The notes under the pieces were generated by a model. It was not told the origin of the DNA. It saw only the letters and a list, made by a program, of their open reading frames with translations, and searched no databases. 64,000 nt of DNA, taken from contig NW_024704742.1 of NCBI RefSeq assembly GCF_018977255.1, forward strand, positions 134,480,001-134,544,000. Direction: 5' to 3'. Origin of the DNA: Callorhinchus milii. Lineage: Eukaryota. Below are positions 39,552 through 52,360 of this stretch, one piece after another (the first letter of the stretch is position 1; every line of letters begins with the position of its first letter). A program made the translations under genes and the position numbers.

Positions 39552-40428
39552 ATGACCCGCTCTGCCTTCCCTCACCTCCATAACATCGCCTGACTCCGCC
39601 ACTATCTAACCTCTCAGGCCGTTGAAACTCTTGTTCATGCCTTCATCACCTCAAGGCTCAACTATGCATACGCTCTGCTTGTCGGCCTTCCCAACTCCTC
39701 CCTCCACAGGCTGCAGATACTCCAGATCTCTGCAGCCCGTGTCCTCTCCCGCACCAAACTCTGTGACCCCATCTCCCCCATTCTCACCCGACTCCATTGG
39801 CTCCCTATCCTTCAGAGGATCCAGTTCAAGATCCTGGTGCTCACCTACAAAGCCCTCCGTGGCCTCGCCCCACCCTACCTCTGTGACCTCCTAACCCCCT
39901 ACCAACCCGCCCGCTCCCTCCAATCAGCCGGTTCCAGTCTGCTCCACGTCCCCCGACCTACCCGCCCCACCATTGGCGGGAGAGCCTTCAGTCACTCTGC
40001 TGCCAACCTCTGGAATTCCATCCCCTAATCACTCTGCCTCGCCCCCTCCTTAGCCTTTCCTCCTTCAAGGCCGGTCTCAAGACCTTTCTCTTCGACCGTG
40101 CCTTCAGCTCCCCTCTCGACTCTCAACCTCCTCCTCGCTCCCTCCCTTCCCTCCCCTCACCCTGATCATTCCCCCCCTGCTCAGGTCCCAACCCAACTGT
40201 CCAGTGCCTTGGGACGTCCTCCCGACGTGAAAGGCACACTATAAGTGAAATCTTGTTGTTGTTCTTCAAGTCACGTCTCAAAACCCTCCTCTTCGACCAT
40301 GCCATGAGTCACCCCCTTCTCGTCCCCTCCCTTCGTCCCCCCCTGACCCCAGCTCGAGTCTGAAATGCTGTACACTGTCCAACGCCTTGGGACATGAAAG
40401 GCGCTATACAAATGTAATCTTGCTGTTG
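39552..40428 (+). mobile_element. L2 3' fragment (subfamily A) with a nested subfamily-B L2 tail at ~40056-40263
   Basis: [18 protein letters not shown]...LWNSIP; two successive 3'UTR/stem-loop/(GTT)n ends. Confidence 0.88.
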
Positions 40429-40429
40429 T

Positions 40430-40758
40430 GGAGTCCTGAAGCTCAGTGGTTAGAGCACTCGCTTTGACAAGCGAGAGACCTGAGTTCAATTCCAGGCAGA
40501 GGGCGAAACCTTGGGCAAGTTTCCTTACTCCACACAGAGCCTAATAATAATCCCTACAAAACCAAAAACAATAATAAATTGGTCATTTTCAATCTACGAC
40601 TGTTTGTCTGACATTGCTGTGCGCAATTGGCTGCCGCGTTTGCCCACAAATATACAGTCAATTCACTTTACAGTGTGTTCTGTGAAGTGCTTTGGGACGT
40701 CCTCTCGACGTGAAAAGCGCTATATCAAATGCAAGGATTATTATTATTATTATTGTTG
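40430..40758 (+). mobile_element. Young tRNA-Ala Deu-SINE inserted in the (GTT) tail of an L2
   Basis: Full consensus directly after ...tgctgttgt; tgttgt recurs after the (ATT)n tail. Confidence 0.9.
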
Positions 40759-41150
40759 TCCTGCCCAACAATTCTCCGTGTAAATATTGGACACTCATTT
40801 CATGGCTGATTGTGTCACATGGCAGTGTGCAAACGGTCTCCGACAAATGCCTACAAATACATAGTCACCACACTTAACAGTGAACCTTGTTAAAGGGATA
40901 AGACACTACATCAAATGCAAGCATTACTGCAAACACACAACTGTCTCCTAAATTCTTCTTGCTCTTTGAAGTTAGCTCCAATCCTGCACAGGTGACGATG
41001 CAGTGATCAAAACGGGGCTTAAATATTACAAAGCTAATCAGGTTTATGTAACTCCCCGGGGACGTGAACATTCCAAGTACCCAACTTCCAACACAAAGGG
41101 AATACTTGCAAACAGCACACGAGGGAATGATAATGACAATGATAATTCTT

Positions 41151-41330
41151 ACAGAAGTCGCTGGGAACACTCAACAGGTCAAGCAGTATCTATGGAGAGA
41201 GGGAAGTGAGTTAACGTTGCAGGTGGATGACCTTTCATCAGAACTTTAGCCAGTTCTGACGAAAGTTCGACCTGAAATGTTAAGTCACTTTCCTCTCTCC
41301 ATAGATGCTGCCTGACCTGCTGAGTTCCCA
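41151..41330. mobile_element. Palindromic Penelope-like non-autonomous element with hammerhead-like motifs
   Basis: Two ~80-nt inverted arms around 41245; CTGA(C/T)GA...G(A/C)AA motif in each arm. Confidence 0.72.
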
Positions 41331-42110
41331 AGCGTCTTGAGGTGAGTCTTGAGGTGGTGAGGGAGGGGGATGAGGTGGAGGGACAGTAGGATGGAGTTCC
41401 AGAGGGTGGAGGCACAGTGGCAGAAGGCGCTCCCGCCAATAGTGGGGCGAGCAAGGAAGGTGGGGGACGTGAAGCAGACACTACGAGTTCAAAGTGCCGA
41501 TGTGCGGCTTATACCCACCACCTTCTGATTCCGAGACGAAAATGCAAATGAAATGAAGTGATTTCCATTTTATTTACAGATGAGGCAACAGGGATTTCCT
41601 GCTTCAGCTGCATGTCCCCCATTCCCTGTTCTGGTCTGCCAATGTTTCAACCTTTACTACAGTTCTCACGTTAAACATTAAACACTGCAAAAAGCAGCGT
41701 CCAATATTTACTTTGGGATTGTATAAGCTGTAACAGCACCAGCATGGTACGTCCATAAGATCCTTACACACTTACAATCTCACGTATTTATTGTTATGGT
41801 CATTTGTGGGACATTGCTGTGTGTAAATTAGCTGCAGAGTTCACCCAAAAACAGTCACCACAATATATACCCGACGTGAAAGGCCCCATTACCAAATAGT
41901 AAAAGGATTATTAATATTAATAATAATCGTTGTATTTGAGATGTCTCAAAGCGCTTCACAGAATATACTGTAAAGTGGATTGACTGTGTATTTTTTGTGC
42001 AAAACGCAGCAGCCAATTGTTGACAACAATGTCCTACAAACAGCCGTGACCTTAGTGATCAAATTATTAGATTCCTAAAGTAAACAGGTGTATAATAATA
42101 ATATTATATC

Positions 42111-42430
42111 GGAGTCCTGTAGCTCAGTGGTTAGAACACTCGCTTTGCAAGCGAGATACCTGGGTTCAATTCCAGGCAGGACGAAACCTTGGGCACGTTT
42201 CCTTACTCCACACGCCTAATAATAATCCCTCCGACACAAAACAATAATAAATTGGTCATTTTTAATCCACGACTGTTTGCGGGATGCTGCTGTGCGCAAT
42301 TGGCTGCTGTGTTTCGCCCACAAATATATAGTCAATTCACTTTACAGCATATTCTGGGAAGCGCTTTGAGACGTCTAGAGGATGTGAAAAGCGCTATATC
42401 AAATGCAAAGATTATTATATTATATTATTA
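42111..42430 (+). mobile_element. tRNA-Ala Deu-SINE, full length
   Basis: Head, core and tail all present. Confidence 0.9.
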
Positions 42431-43934
42431 TAAACAGGTACATGGCTAAGCAAACTTGCCTAAGGTATCATTCCGTTCGGGAATTGAACCCAAAAATTGG
42501 TCCTTTCACTTGCGAGGCGAGCGCACTAATCACTACGCTACAGCACTCCAAGATCTTAATTAAAAAGGAAAAAACTTGCACAGGGAGGGATCCAGCAAAT
42601 TAACACTGAGCTTCACCCAATGGGTGGGTGGCAGGGAGTAAATAAAATGACCCCACGCGGAACAAATGGCTTCAACACAAGTTGTAAAGTGCAATTGCTG
42701 TCAAGGGCCTGGAACGTAGCAAAAATAAATAAGACTTGCTGACTTTAGTACTGTATTTGGTTGCAATTATACACTGTCCTTGTCGTCACCTCTACTGAAT
42801 CCTAAAGGCACGTAAAAACTCCAGGATAAATATCAGGCCACGTCTACAATTTAACAATAATTGATCCTTATAGCATTAATCCATGCGCAGATTTAGAGTT
42901 TTATCACATCGTGGGAAGGGGGGAGTGGATGGAATTGTAGACGAGGGCTTTGAAAAAGATGGGGAAGGGGGGAAAGAGGCAAAAACAAAAAATGATCCAC
43001 ACTGGGAGGCAGGGAGTCAGTGGAGACTGGTGACGACCGGGGTAATGTGTGCGCGGAGTTCTGGATAAATGCACTGAATAGATCACTGTGTAACTGAGCC
43101 CCCGCACGGCTGTGCTCACTGCCGTTCTAATGCAGCTTAGAATTTTTTAAAAAACTCACAGCTGCATTTTAATTAAGCTCTTCATCCCCTTGTTAGTTAT
43201 CAAACCACCTCTGTCCCTTCATTTTCCACCAGGGAGCCAACAGCCTGAGGCAGTGAAGCAGTTGTGGTTTCATCTCACTCACACTGCCATTTCTCCAGCA
43301 AAGGTTGGCATCGAATTGTATAAAAGTTAACACGTAATGCAGAGGTGATGCACATTGAGCCAGGCCTGTGATGGCAATGCCACCTTGCTTACCGCAGTGG
43401 TTTTACCAACACTGCAAAGCACTGGTTCTCACTGCCTCTTCTTCCATCATTTGTGGGCCGTGCCTTCAGCCACTGTCATTCCCCATATCTCCTGGAACTT
43501 TCCACCTCGTCCTATTCATCTTTCTTTCCCACCTTAAGACCAACCGCGCTCTCCCTGCTTGCTTGGTCACTGCCCAGGATTTTCTTTTGTGTGTGTAAAG
43601 GATGCTATATCAATGCAAGTGTAATAATAACCCTGCATTTGATTTGGTGCCTTATCAGGTCTTCTAGCCGTCCCAAAGCGGTTCACAGAATATACTGTAA
43701 AGTGAATTGACTTAATATTTTGTTGGCGAAACGCGGCAGCCAATCGCGCACAACAGTGTCCTACAAATGTTGTGGATTAAGTGACCAAATTACAATGGTG
43801 TAATTGGATTTTTTCTTTCATTTGTTTTTGTTTTTTGCAGCCATCATTGCCTTGTGCAACCCAGGCCGTCTCTGTTGTGTCACAGAGCTCTTGCAACTCT
43901 TGCCAGCTCTCCATCCTCTGCTGCGCTGACAGCA

Positions 43935-44730
43935 TCAGCATCCAAGGCTGCACTCTCCACCTCTCAAAGCCGGTCAGGAACCTCGGTGTTCTGTTCAACC
44001 CTGAGCTGTCCTTTCTTCCTCATATCCGCACCACAACTGGCACCACCTTCCATCACCTCTGGAATATCGCCAGACTACGGCACTACCTCACCCCTCACGC
44101 TGCTGAAACCCTGGTTCACGCCTTTGTCACCTCAAGGCTGGACTATGGGAACTCTCTCCTCGCCGGCCTTCCCGCCACCTCCCTCCACACTGCAGAACAT
44201 TCAGAACTCTGCAGCTCGTGTACTGTCCCGCACCAGGGCTTCGGGACCACATCACTCCCTCCCTCGCTCGCCTCCACTGGCTCCCCATCCCCCAGAGGAT
44301 CAAATTCAAGATCCTCATCCTCACCTACAAGGCCATTCATGGCCTCGCTCCCTCCTACCTCTCCGACCTACTATCCCCCTACCCGTACCCTCCGTTCCTC
44401 AGGCTCCGGTCTGCTCCACATCCCCCGCCCCAACCGCCCTACCATCAGTGGTCGGGCCTTCAGCCTCTCAGCCCCTCGGCTCTGGAACTCCATCCCCTAG
44501 TGCCTTCTCCTTGCTTCCTCCCTTTCCTCCTTCAAGGCCGGTCTCAAGACCTTTCTCTTCAACCGTGCCTTCAGCTCCCCTCTCGACTCTCAACCTCCTC
44601 CTCTCTCCCTCCCCTCCCCTCACCCTGACCATTTCCCCCCTGCTCGGATCCCGACCCAACTGTCCAGCGCCTTGGGACGTCCTCCCGACGTGAAGGGAGC
44701 TCTATAAATGAAATCTTGTTGTTGTTGTTG
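43935..44730 (+). mobile_element. L2 LINE 3' portion (subfamily B)
   Basis: VRNLGVLFNPELSF...AETLVHAFVTSRLDYGNSLLAGLP...LHWLPIPQRIKFKILILTYK; (GTT)n tail. Confidence 0.92.
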
Positions 44731-46587
44731 CTCTTAAGCCAAGCCAAGTGGCTGGAAGGGGCGCAAAGGTGACCTTGTGACAACTCACCCTCTGATATCT
44801 ATCCATTTCCTTTAGAAAGGGGTTAAGCCTCGGTTTCCTGCAACCCCATAGAATTATTTAGTTCAGTATTGGAATGAGAGGGGAGAAAAAGAGAGAGGAA
44901 AAGAGGGGCGTGATCTACGTTGTTGCATCACTGCATTGCCAAATGAACCCCCTGACTATGCAGGGAACATCTGACCTAGACAACAATCTGGTCTCCAAAA
45001 ACATTTTATTCACGCTTTTCTCGCGCCATCCCCACTCCTCTATTCAGCAGAAGTCAAAGCAGCAAGTTCTCAGAGTGAATGAATAATCCACATGGAGGAG
45101 ATCTAATTCCTTCAACAAATAATAGTAATAAATTGACTAAATAATTCAATCTATGACTGTGCAACACTGCTGCGCGCAATTGCTGCTGCGTTTCGCCCAC
45201 AAAATATAGTCAATTCACTTAATAGTACTTTAGAACAGTACTTTAACACTTTGTTTCAGATTTACAGTATCTGCAGTATTTTGCATTTTGTCACTTAACA
45301 GTATATTCCGTGAAGCGTTTTGAGACATCTAGAAGACGTGTTAAGCCGTTATATCAAATGCAAGGATTATTAGGATTATTTGCCTCCTTCAAGGCGTGTC
45401 TCAAAAGATTCCTTTATGACCACGGCTTCGGTCAACTAACCTCCTCTCCATCCTTCTCTCATCCCAACTCCCAGCTCGGGTACAAACCCTTTATTGTCCA
45501 GCACCTTGGGACGTCCTCCCAATGTAAAATATAAGTTACTATATAAATGCAATTTGCTACTGTGGTTGATGAGTGGCCACACCAGCCCTTCATCTTGTGG
45601 TTACCACTCGACACAACCAAAGCCTCTTGGTCAGAAGGTCACCTCAAACATGCGGCAATCTAAAGCCAATAAATACATAACTTAGCGTAAAGATTCCGGC
45701 TTGGAATTGTACCCGTGGTAATGGAGAGGGAAAGGGGTTAGCAGCACCAGACTTTGCCAACGTTAAATAAATAATCTAAGACACGGAGTCAAGAAAAAAA
45801 AGTTAATTGCTGCATTCTCCAGGGAGGTATCGCATGCATCTCAGTAAGTTTGCTCTGATCTAGGTATTTCCAATGAGACAGCAATGGCATTGAAAAAGCA
45901 TCAGTTTGCAGCTGGCAAAGCGGGTGTGGGGGGTTGTGTGGGCGGAGGCTTTTCACTCTCATTATCTCAATAGTTGTCTGTGGGACGTCGTTCACAAAAA
46001 TAGTTCTTGTACTTTTGCCTGTGTGACTCCAACACTCAGCTTGGCTCAATACTCAACACTCTCTCCTCCGAGTCAGATGATTGTGGGATCAAGCCCCATG
46101 TCAGGGCTTTAAGCTTACGGCCTAGACTGATATTATAATGCAGTGCGAGGGGTGGGGGGGGTTGTGGGGGTGAGAGCAGGAGGAAGCACTGCGGCATGTG
46201 GTGGGGGATGTGAGGAAGAAGCACTACATTAGAAAGAAAACAATCTCCCATAAAATCGTTCATTCGTTTTATGGCTATTTATGGGACACTGCTGAGTGCA
46301 AATTTGCTGCCGCATTCGCCCTCAAAAATACACCGTAACTGCATTTTACAGTGCTTTGGAACATCTTCCCAATGTGAAAGGCCAAATGTAAGGATTAATA
46401 ATAATAATAATTCTTGCATTTGCATAACGCTTATCACGTCGTTGAGACGTGACAAACCGTTTCACGGAATATACTGCAAAGTGAATTTACTGTAAATTTT
46501 CTGGGATATACAAATAAAAAATGCTGCTGTTGATGTGTATACTTTGTGTAGCCCTGTGCCAAATTTACAGGGGTTTTAAACAGTCAG

Positions 46588-46834
46588 CAAAACGCAAAAT
46601 ACTGCAGGTGCTGGAAATCTGAAAACAAAAACAGAAGTGGCTGGGAACACTCAGCAGGTCAGGCAACATCTTTGGAGAAAGGAAAGTGAGTCAACGTTTC
46701 GGATCGACGACTCTTCGTCAGAGCCCAATCTGTTCTGACGGGTTGCGGACCCGAATAGTTGACTCACTTTCCTTTCTCGAAAGATGTTGCCTGACCCGCT
46801 GAGTGTTCCCAGCGACTTCTGTTTTTGTTTTCAG
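46588..46834. mobile_element. Palindromic Penelope-like element with an intact hammerhead core on the minus strand
   Basis: ~100-nt inverted arms (46619-46722 and 46733-46834); minus strand reads CTGACGA-agagtcgtcgatcc-GAAACGTT. Confidence 0.78.
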
Positions 46835-47207
46835 TCCCACGTGAGGTTGGGTAGTGCCTTTGTTCCCAACAGAAAGTCATGGGGTAGGTGGGGCGGGGGG
46901 TGGGTAAGAGACCCACATTGTGTGCAGCAAACCAAACAGTAGCACAGCAACAGGAGATTGTAATTCAGGTATCACTTCATGAATTAAGATATCACCAAGT
47001 TCAGTATCACTTTTACCAAAGGCTGCAGGGGGGCAAACAGCACGAGCGCAGGGATTGAGAACCCTTGCCATATATTTATGTTCTGACAATAAATAAAAGG
47101 GAGGTTCAAAAAAAACAAGATGGTGGTGGGATATGGATTGCTTTGACACATTGTTGAGGACTCAACTAATAGTATAATAATTATTGCTTTTCATAATGCG
47201 CCTGTGA

Positions 47208-47512
47208 CAGGGCTCACAGTCTTAAAATTAAGGGTCAGCCTTTTAGAACAGAGTTGAGGAAACATTTCTTCACTCAGAGGGTAGTGAATTTATGGAATTC
47301 ACTGCCCCAGAAGGCTGTAGATGCTCAGTCCTTGAACATCTTCAAGGCTGAGACTGATAGATTTTTAAAAAAACAGAAGATTAGGGGATATGGGGATAGG
47401 GCAGGTAATTAGAGTTAGGTCTGAAGATCAGCCATGACCTTATCGAATGGCGGGGCACAGGCTCGAGGGGCCAAATGGCCTACTCCTGCTCCCAATTCTT
47501 ACGTTCTTATGC
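47208..47512 (+). mobile_element. CR1 LINE 3' end
   Basis: Near-identical reverse complement of 22620-22915. Confidence 0.92.
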
Positions 47513-49243
47513 TATCGAGAGGTCTGAAAAGCGATTCACAGGATATATTGTAACGTATAAAATGGGCAAAATATGTTTGCCCACGTATATTGTTTGTGGG
47601 CAAACACCACAGCCAATTTGAGCACAGCAATGTCCCAGAATTAGATAGATTATCCACAACGAGTTAGCTACAGGGATATGGTGAAACGGCAGGTCAATGG
47701 AACTGAAAGGAATGTTTGTTAAAAGAGCACAAACACAATGGGCCGAATGATCATCTTCTGTGCTGCTAACTTCTAATGTTCAGTTTCTGTAACGTCCACT
47801 TTTCAATCTCATTTTGGAAAATGCTTCAAGACATTTCTTTCCAGGTTAAAGGGACTGCATGTTTAAATGTATAAATATATATATATATATATAAATGAGC
47901 TAAAAAGGCTGAGCTAAACATATTCTTTCTGTAACATATTCTTTAACAGTTGCTGAAAGACGTCAAGCCTGAAATTCCTCAAGCCTCAGCTGCAGCTCGA
48001 ATCTCGAAAAGCTCACTCTTAAATTAGAAACTGCTTCTGAAGACGAAATGCAGGAAAGCAGACGTCAGTTAAGACTCATTGTTGTTTCATTGTTGATTTT
48101 TTTTATTACAAGTTTTTTTTAAAAAAAAATAAGATTTGAGGTACAGATCAACCATGATCCTAATAGACTGCGGAACAGGTTGATCTGTACCTCAAACCTT
48201 AATTTTTTTAAAAAAAAAACTTATGACACCCTTAAGGCTCAGGTTGTGAAGCTTTTTGCAATCTATGATCCCTTTCACTCAATCTTAGAAGAACTGCAGT
48301 CATAACAACAGCAGCAACAACAATTTGCATTTATATAGCACACTTCACGCAGGGTAGCGTCCCGGAGCACTTCCTCCCGTTAGACAGAGGGACAAAGTCA
48401 TCTTTCCCTTCACCTCCCTTGAAACTCACAGTCTAAATGAGGTACTTGTGGGCATTAAGCATCTCACTGCACCATTCGAAAAGAGAACTGATTTTCTCCC
48501 AGTGTCCTGGCCTACAATCTCCCAAATAAAAATGGGTTCAAACATGCGGCTTGAACCCACAATCCTCTGACTCAGAGTAAAGAGTGACTTAACCAAGCTG
48601 ACACCTTGCCCCGCAACTTCATGCTGCCTCAGGTAATATGCAATTAATATTCTTGCACAATCTGGGTTGAAATTTTCACTAACTATGGCTGTTTTGGGAC
48701 GCAACTGACTGCCATGTTCGCCCACAAATTACAGTGACTCCACTTTACAGAATATTTTGTGAAGTGCTTTAGAACTTCCGCCTGACATGAAAACACTAGA
48801 CCAAATGTAAGGATTGTTATTAGTATTAGTGCATTTATCATTGAACTGTCTCAAGCGCTTCAAAGGATTTCACTGTCGAGTGCAGTGTTTGTATTTAAAG
48901 GTTTACATCTCAGGTTGTATAATCGTCTCAAGTCAAGACCGTTCGATGAAAAGCGATTGAAATTTTTAAAGCAACTCTGCCCCTTCCCCAACCAAGTCAA
49001 ATATTAAGGCAATATTGTGAACTGTAGTGGGGAGAGGGGAAAGAGAAAAATTATAGGAAAGAAAAATTGAAGCATCTGAGTAATCAGTATGTTGATGAGA
49101 TATTTATATTCGGGAGACAAAAAATGCAGAGGCAGCAATGTCCTCAGGCAGTAATTGCGTAAATTCACACACACACACATAATACCCAAAATAATTCTTA
49201 CATTTGATATAGTGCCTCATTACATTGTCAACATGTCTCAAGG

Positions 49244-49548
49244 TGGAGTCCTGTAGCTCAGTGGTTAGAGCACTCGCTTTGCAATTCCAGGCAGGGCGAA
49301 ACCTTGGGCAAGTTTCCTTACTCCACACAGAGCCTAATAATAATCCCTCCAAAAACAAAAAATAATAATAAATTGGTCATTTTCAATCTACGACTGTTTG
49401 TGGGACATTGCTGTGCGCAATTGGCTGCCGCGTTCGCCCACAAATATACAGTCAATTCAGTTTACAGTGTGTTCTGTGAAGCGCTTTGGGACGTCCTCCT
49501 GACGTGAAAAGCGCTATATTAAATGCAAGGATTATTATTATTATTATT
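49244..49548 (+). mobile_element. Young tRNA-Ala Deu-SINE with a deletion removing most of the B box
   Basis: Consensus present, but gctttgcaa joins directly to ttccaggc. Confidence 0.9.
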
Positions 49549-49945
49549 AAGGTGTTTCACAGGATTTTACTGTAAAATCATAGTGAATATTTGTAGGCAA
49601 ATACAGCAGTCAATTGGCACAGTGCAATGTCCCACAGTCAGGACAGGATTGACCAATTTCAGTCAGGGCGGGGGGAAATTGATGGCCTGGATCCCAGGAG
49701 AAACTCCCCTTCTGTTTTCTGAATAATACAGGTAGACAGGACCTCACTTTGAGGTCTCATCCAAAGGATGGCATCTCGATAATGCAGTGTTCCCCCAGCA
49801 CTGTATTGGTGAGTCAGTCCCGTCTGTTTGTTCAAAATCCTGGCATATGACTTGAACCCACAGTCTTCTGACTCAGAGCAGAGAGTGACTGAGCGAGACT
49901 GACACCTTGCCCAGCAACTTCATGCTGCCTCAGGTAACATGTAAT

Positions 49946-50516
49946 AACAACAACTTGCATGTATATAGCGTCCTCCAGCTGGGCGGCGTCTAACAGAGCT
50001 TAACAGTGGTGGAGCCCGAGGCTGAGCCGGGGGAGGGGGAAGGTGACTGTAGGCACGGTCGAAGAGGAAGGTCTTCAGGAGCGACCTGAAATTAGGGAAA
50101 GAGGAGGCGAGACGAAGGGGTTGAGGGAGGGAGTTCCAAAGTTTCAGGGCGTAGTGGCTGAAGGCACGGCTGCAGATGGTGAAGCGGAGGATTCGGGGGA
50201 CACGGAGGAGGCCAGACCCAGTAGAGCAGAGGCAATGGGTACTGTTGTGAGGAGAGAGGTTAGAGAGTTGGGGAGGGGGCGGGTGCAAGGAATGGAGGGA
50301 TTTAAACACTAGAGTGAGGATCCTGCAGTCGATCCTCTCTGTGACGGTGGAGTTTGACAAGGACTGGAATAATTGGGGTAGGAAGTTTGTTGCGGGTGAG
50401 AATGTGGGTGGCGGAGTTTTGAATGAGCTGGATTTTGTGAATAGTGGAGAAGGGGAGACCAGAGAGGAGGAAGTTAGAGTAGTTCAGCCGAGAGGTGACA
50501 AAGGCATTGACAAGGG
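49946..50516 (-). mobile_element. 5'-truncated L2 insertion with probable ~9-bp target-site duplication
   Basis: [14 protein letters not shown]...LWNSLP; flanked by acatgtaat (49937-49945) and acatggaat (50517-50525). Confidence 0.85.
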
Positions 50517-51212
50517 ACATGGAATTAATATTCTTGCACAATCAGGGTTCAAACTTTTGAAACTGGTGTTGCCTTAAGTTAGTGAAACTTTCACTCTGGT
50601 GAATGTTTCACTAACTTAGGCAACACATTATTACTCCCCTCTCTCACCATACAAGCACAACATACGAGCGATGGGAGTTGGCAACCAGTGCGCATATATA
50701 AAAAAAATTACCCAAAAATTATGTGAGAGGGAGGTTAGGATTTTGCATTTATCATGACGTAGAATACCTGTGCTTTTTTTTTTCCTCCTTGCTCACCAGC
50801 ATGTACCAACATGCAATTCAATGTAAAGAACACCCTTCACAGCATCCAACATCACAATAATAATAATCCTCGCATTTGATATAGCACCTTATCGTTGAGA
50901 CGTCTCAAAGCGCTTCACAGGATATACTGTACTGAGGCAAACTTCAACAACCCAACTGGCGTCCGGAGGGGACGTGTTAATCAGCGCCACACCATATGGT
51001 GGATATGAACTATTTGGGCCACCAGGGAAGCCCAGCCTCAAGCTGCTCAAAGAGCATAAGTGTGTGCAGCCCAATGCCAGCCATATTGTAGGATATTTAC
51101 CTTTGTGTGCAAATGAGCGAAGCTACTAAATTCATACTTCGCCTGCGATAACCGTACAGACTAAATGCGATGGGACCCAAACCCGTCTAAGTTCAACCGG
51201 GCATCAGACTGC

Positions 51213-52360
51213 TTCAACAACATCAACTCACACTTACATAGCGCGCGCGCACGCACACCTCCACCCCAAGCAGGGTAGCGTCTCAGAGCACTTAACAATG
51301 GCAGAGCCTGACTCCGAGCCAAGAGGGGGGAGGGGAGGTGGCCGTAAGCTCGGTCGAAGAGGAAGATTTTCAGGCGATGCTTGAAAAAGGGGAGAGAGGG
51401 GGGAAGGCGGAAGGATTGAGGGAGAGTGTTCCAGAGTTTTAGTGTGTAGCGACTGAAAGCACGACCTCCGATGGTAGGACAGAGAATGCAAGGGACAAGT
51501 AGGAGGCCGGAGCCAGTCGAGCAGAGGCAGAGCAGATGTGGTGGATTGGGGAGTGAGGAGGTCGGAGAGGTAGGGAGGTGCCAGGGAGTGAATGGATTTG
51601 AACATGACTGCGAATGGAGCTTGGCCAGAACTGGCGAGATGTGGGTCAGTATGCGGGCGGCAGAGTTCTGAATGAGCTGCATCTTTGGAATGGTGGGGAG
51701 ACCAGCGAGGAGTGTGCTTGAGTAATCCAAGCGGGAGGTGAGAAACATCATGAGAGTTTCGGCTTCATTTGGGATAAGGTATGGTCGGAGGCAGGCAATG
51801 TGGCGGAAGTGGAGGAAGGCGGTCCTGGTCAGGGGCCGGATGTGGGAGAGGAAGGACTGCTGGGGGTCGAACCAGACTCCTAGATTGCGCACTGGTTCGG
51901 TGAGTCTGAGGGAGATCCCAGGGAGGTTGAGGACTTTAGATCCGCAGGAGTGAAGGCACTGATGGGAGCCAATGAGTATGGCTTCCGTCTTGTCCATATT
52001 CAGCTACAGGAAGTTTACACTCATCCAGGCCCCTGATGTCTGCCAGACAAGCTGATAGAACATCGGCAGGTCTGGAGTTGGTGCTGGAGGAGGCAAAGTA
52101 GATTTGTGTGTCATCTGCATACATGTGGAAGTTTACTCCGTGTCTGCGGATGACATCGCCCAGTGGGTGCATGTAGGTAAGGGAAAGACGAGGGCCAAGG
52201 ATGAAGCCCTGGGACTTGAACCATGGGAGTGCGGTCCCACTAAGGTGGATGAGGGAGAGGCGGTGGAGGAGAATGGCGTGTTCGACTGTGTCGAATGCAG
52301 CAGAGAGATCCAGAAGGAGGAGGAGGCAGAGGGAGCCCTGGTCACAGATAGAGAATGTGT
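51213..52360 (-). mobile_element. L2 LINE RT/3' portion, decayed
   Basis: PLGDVIRRHGVNFHMYADDTQIY (ORF 51936..52172) and KTEAILIG...VRNLGVWFD...LWNTLP (ORF 51161..51997). Confidence 0.92.
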
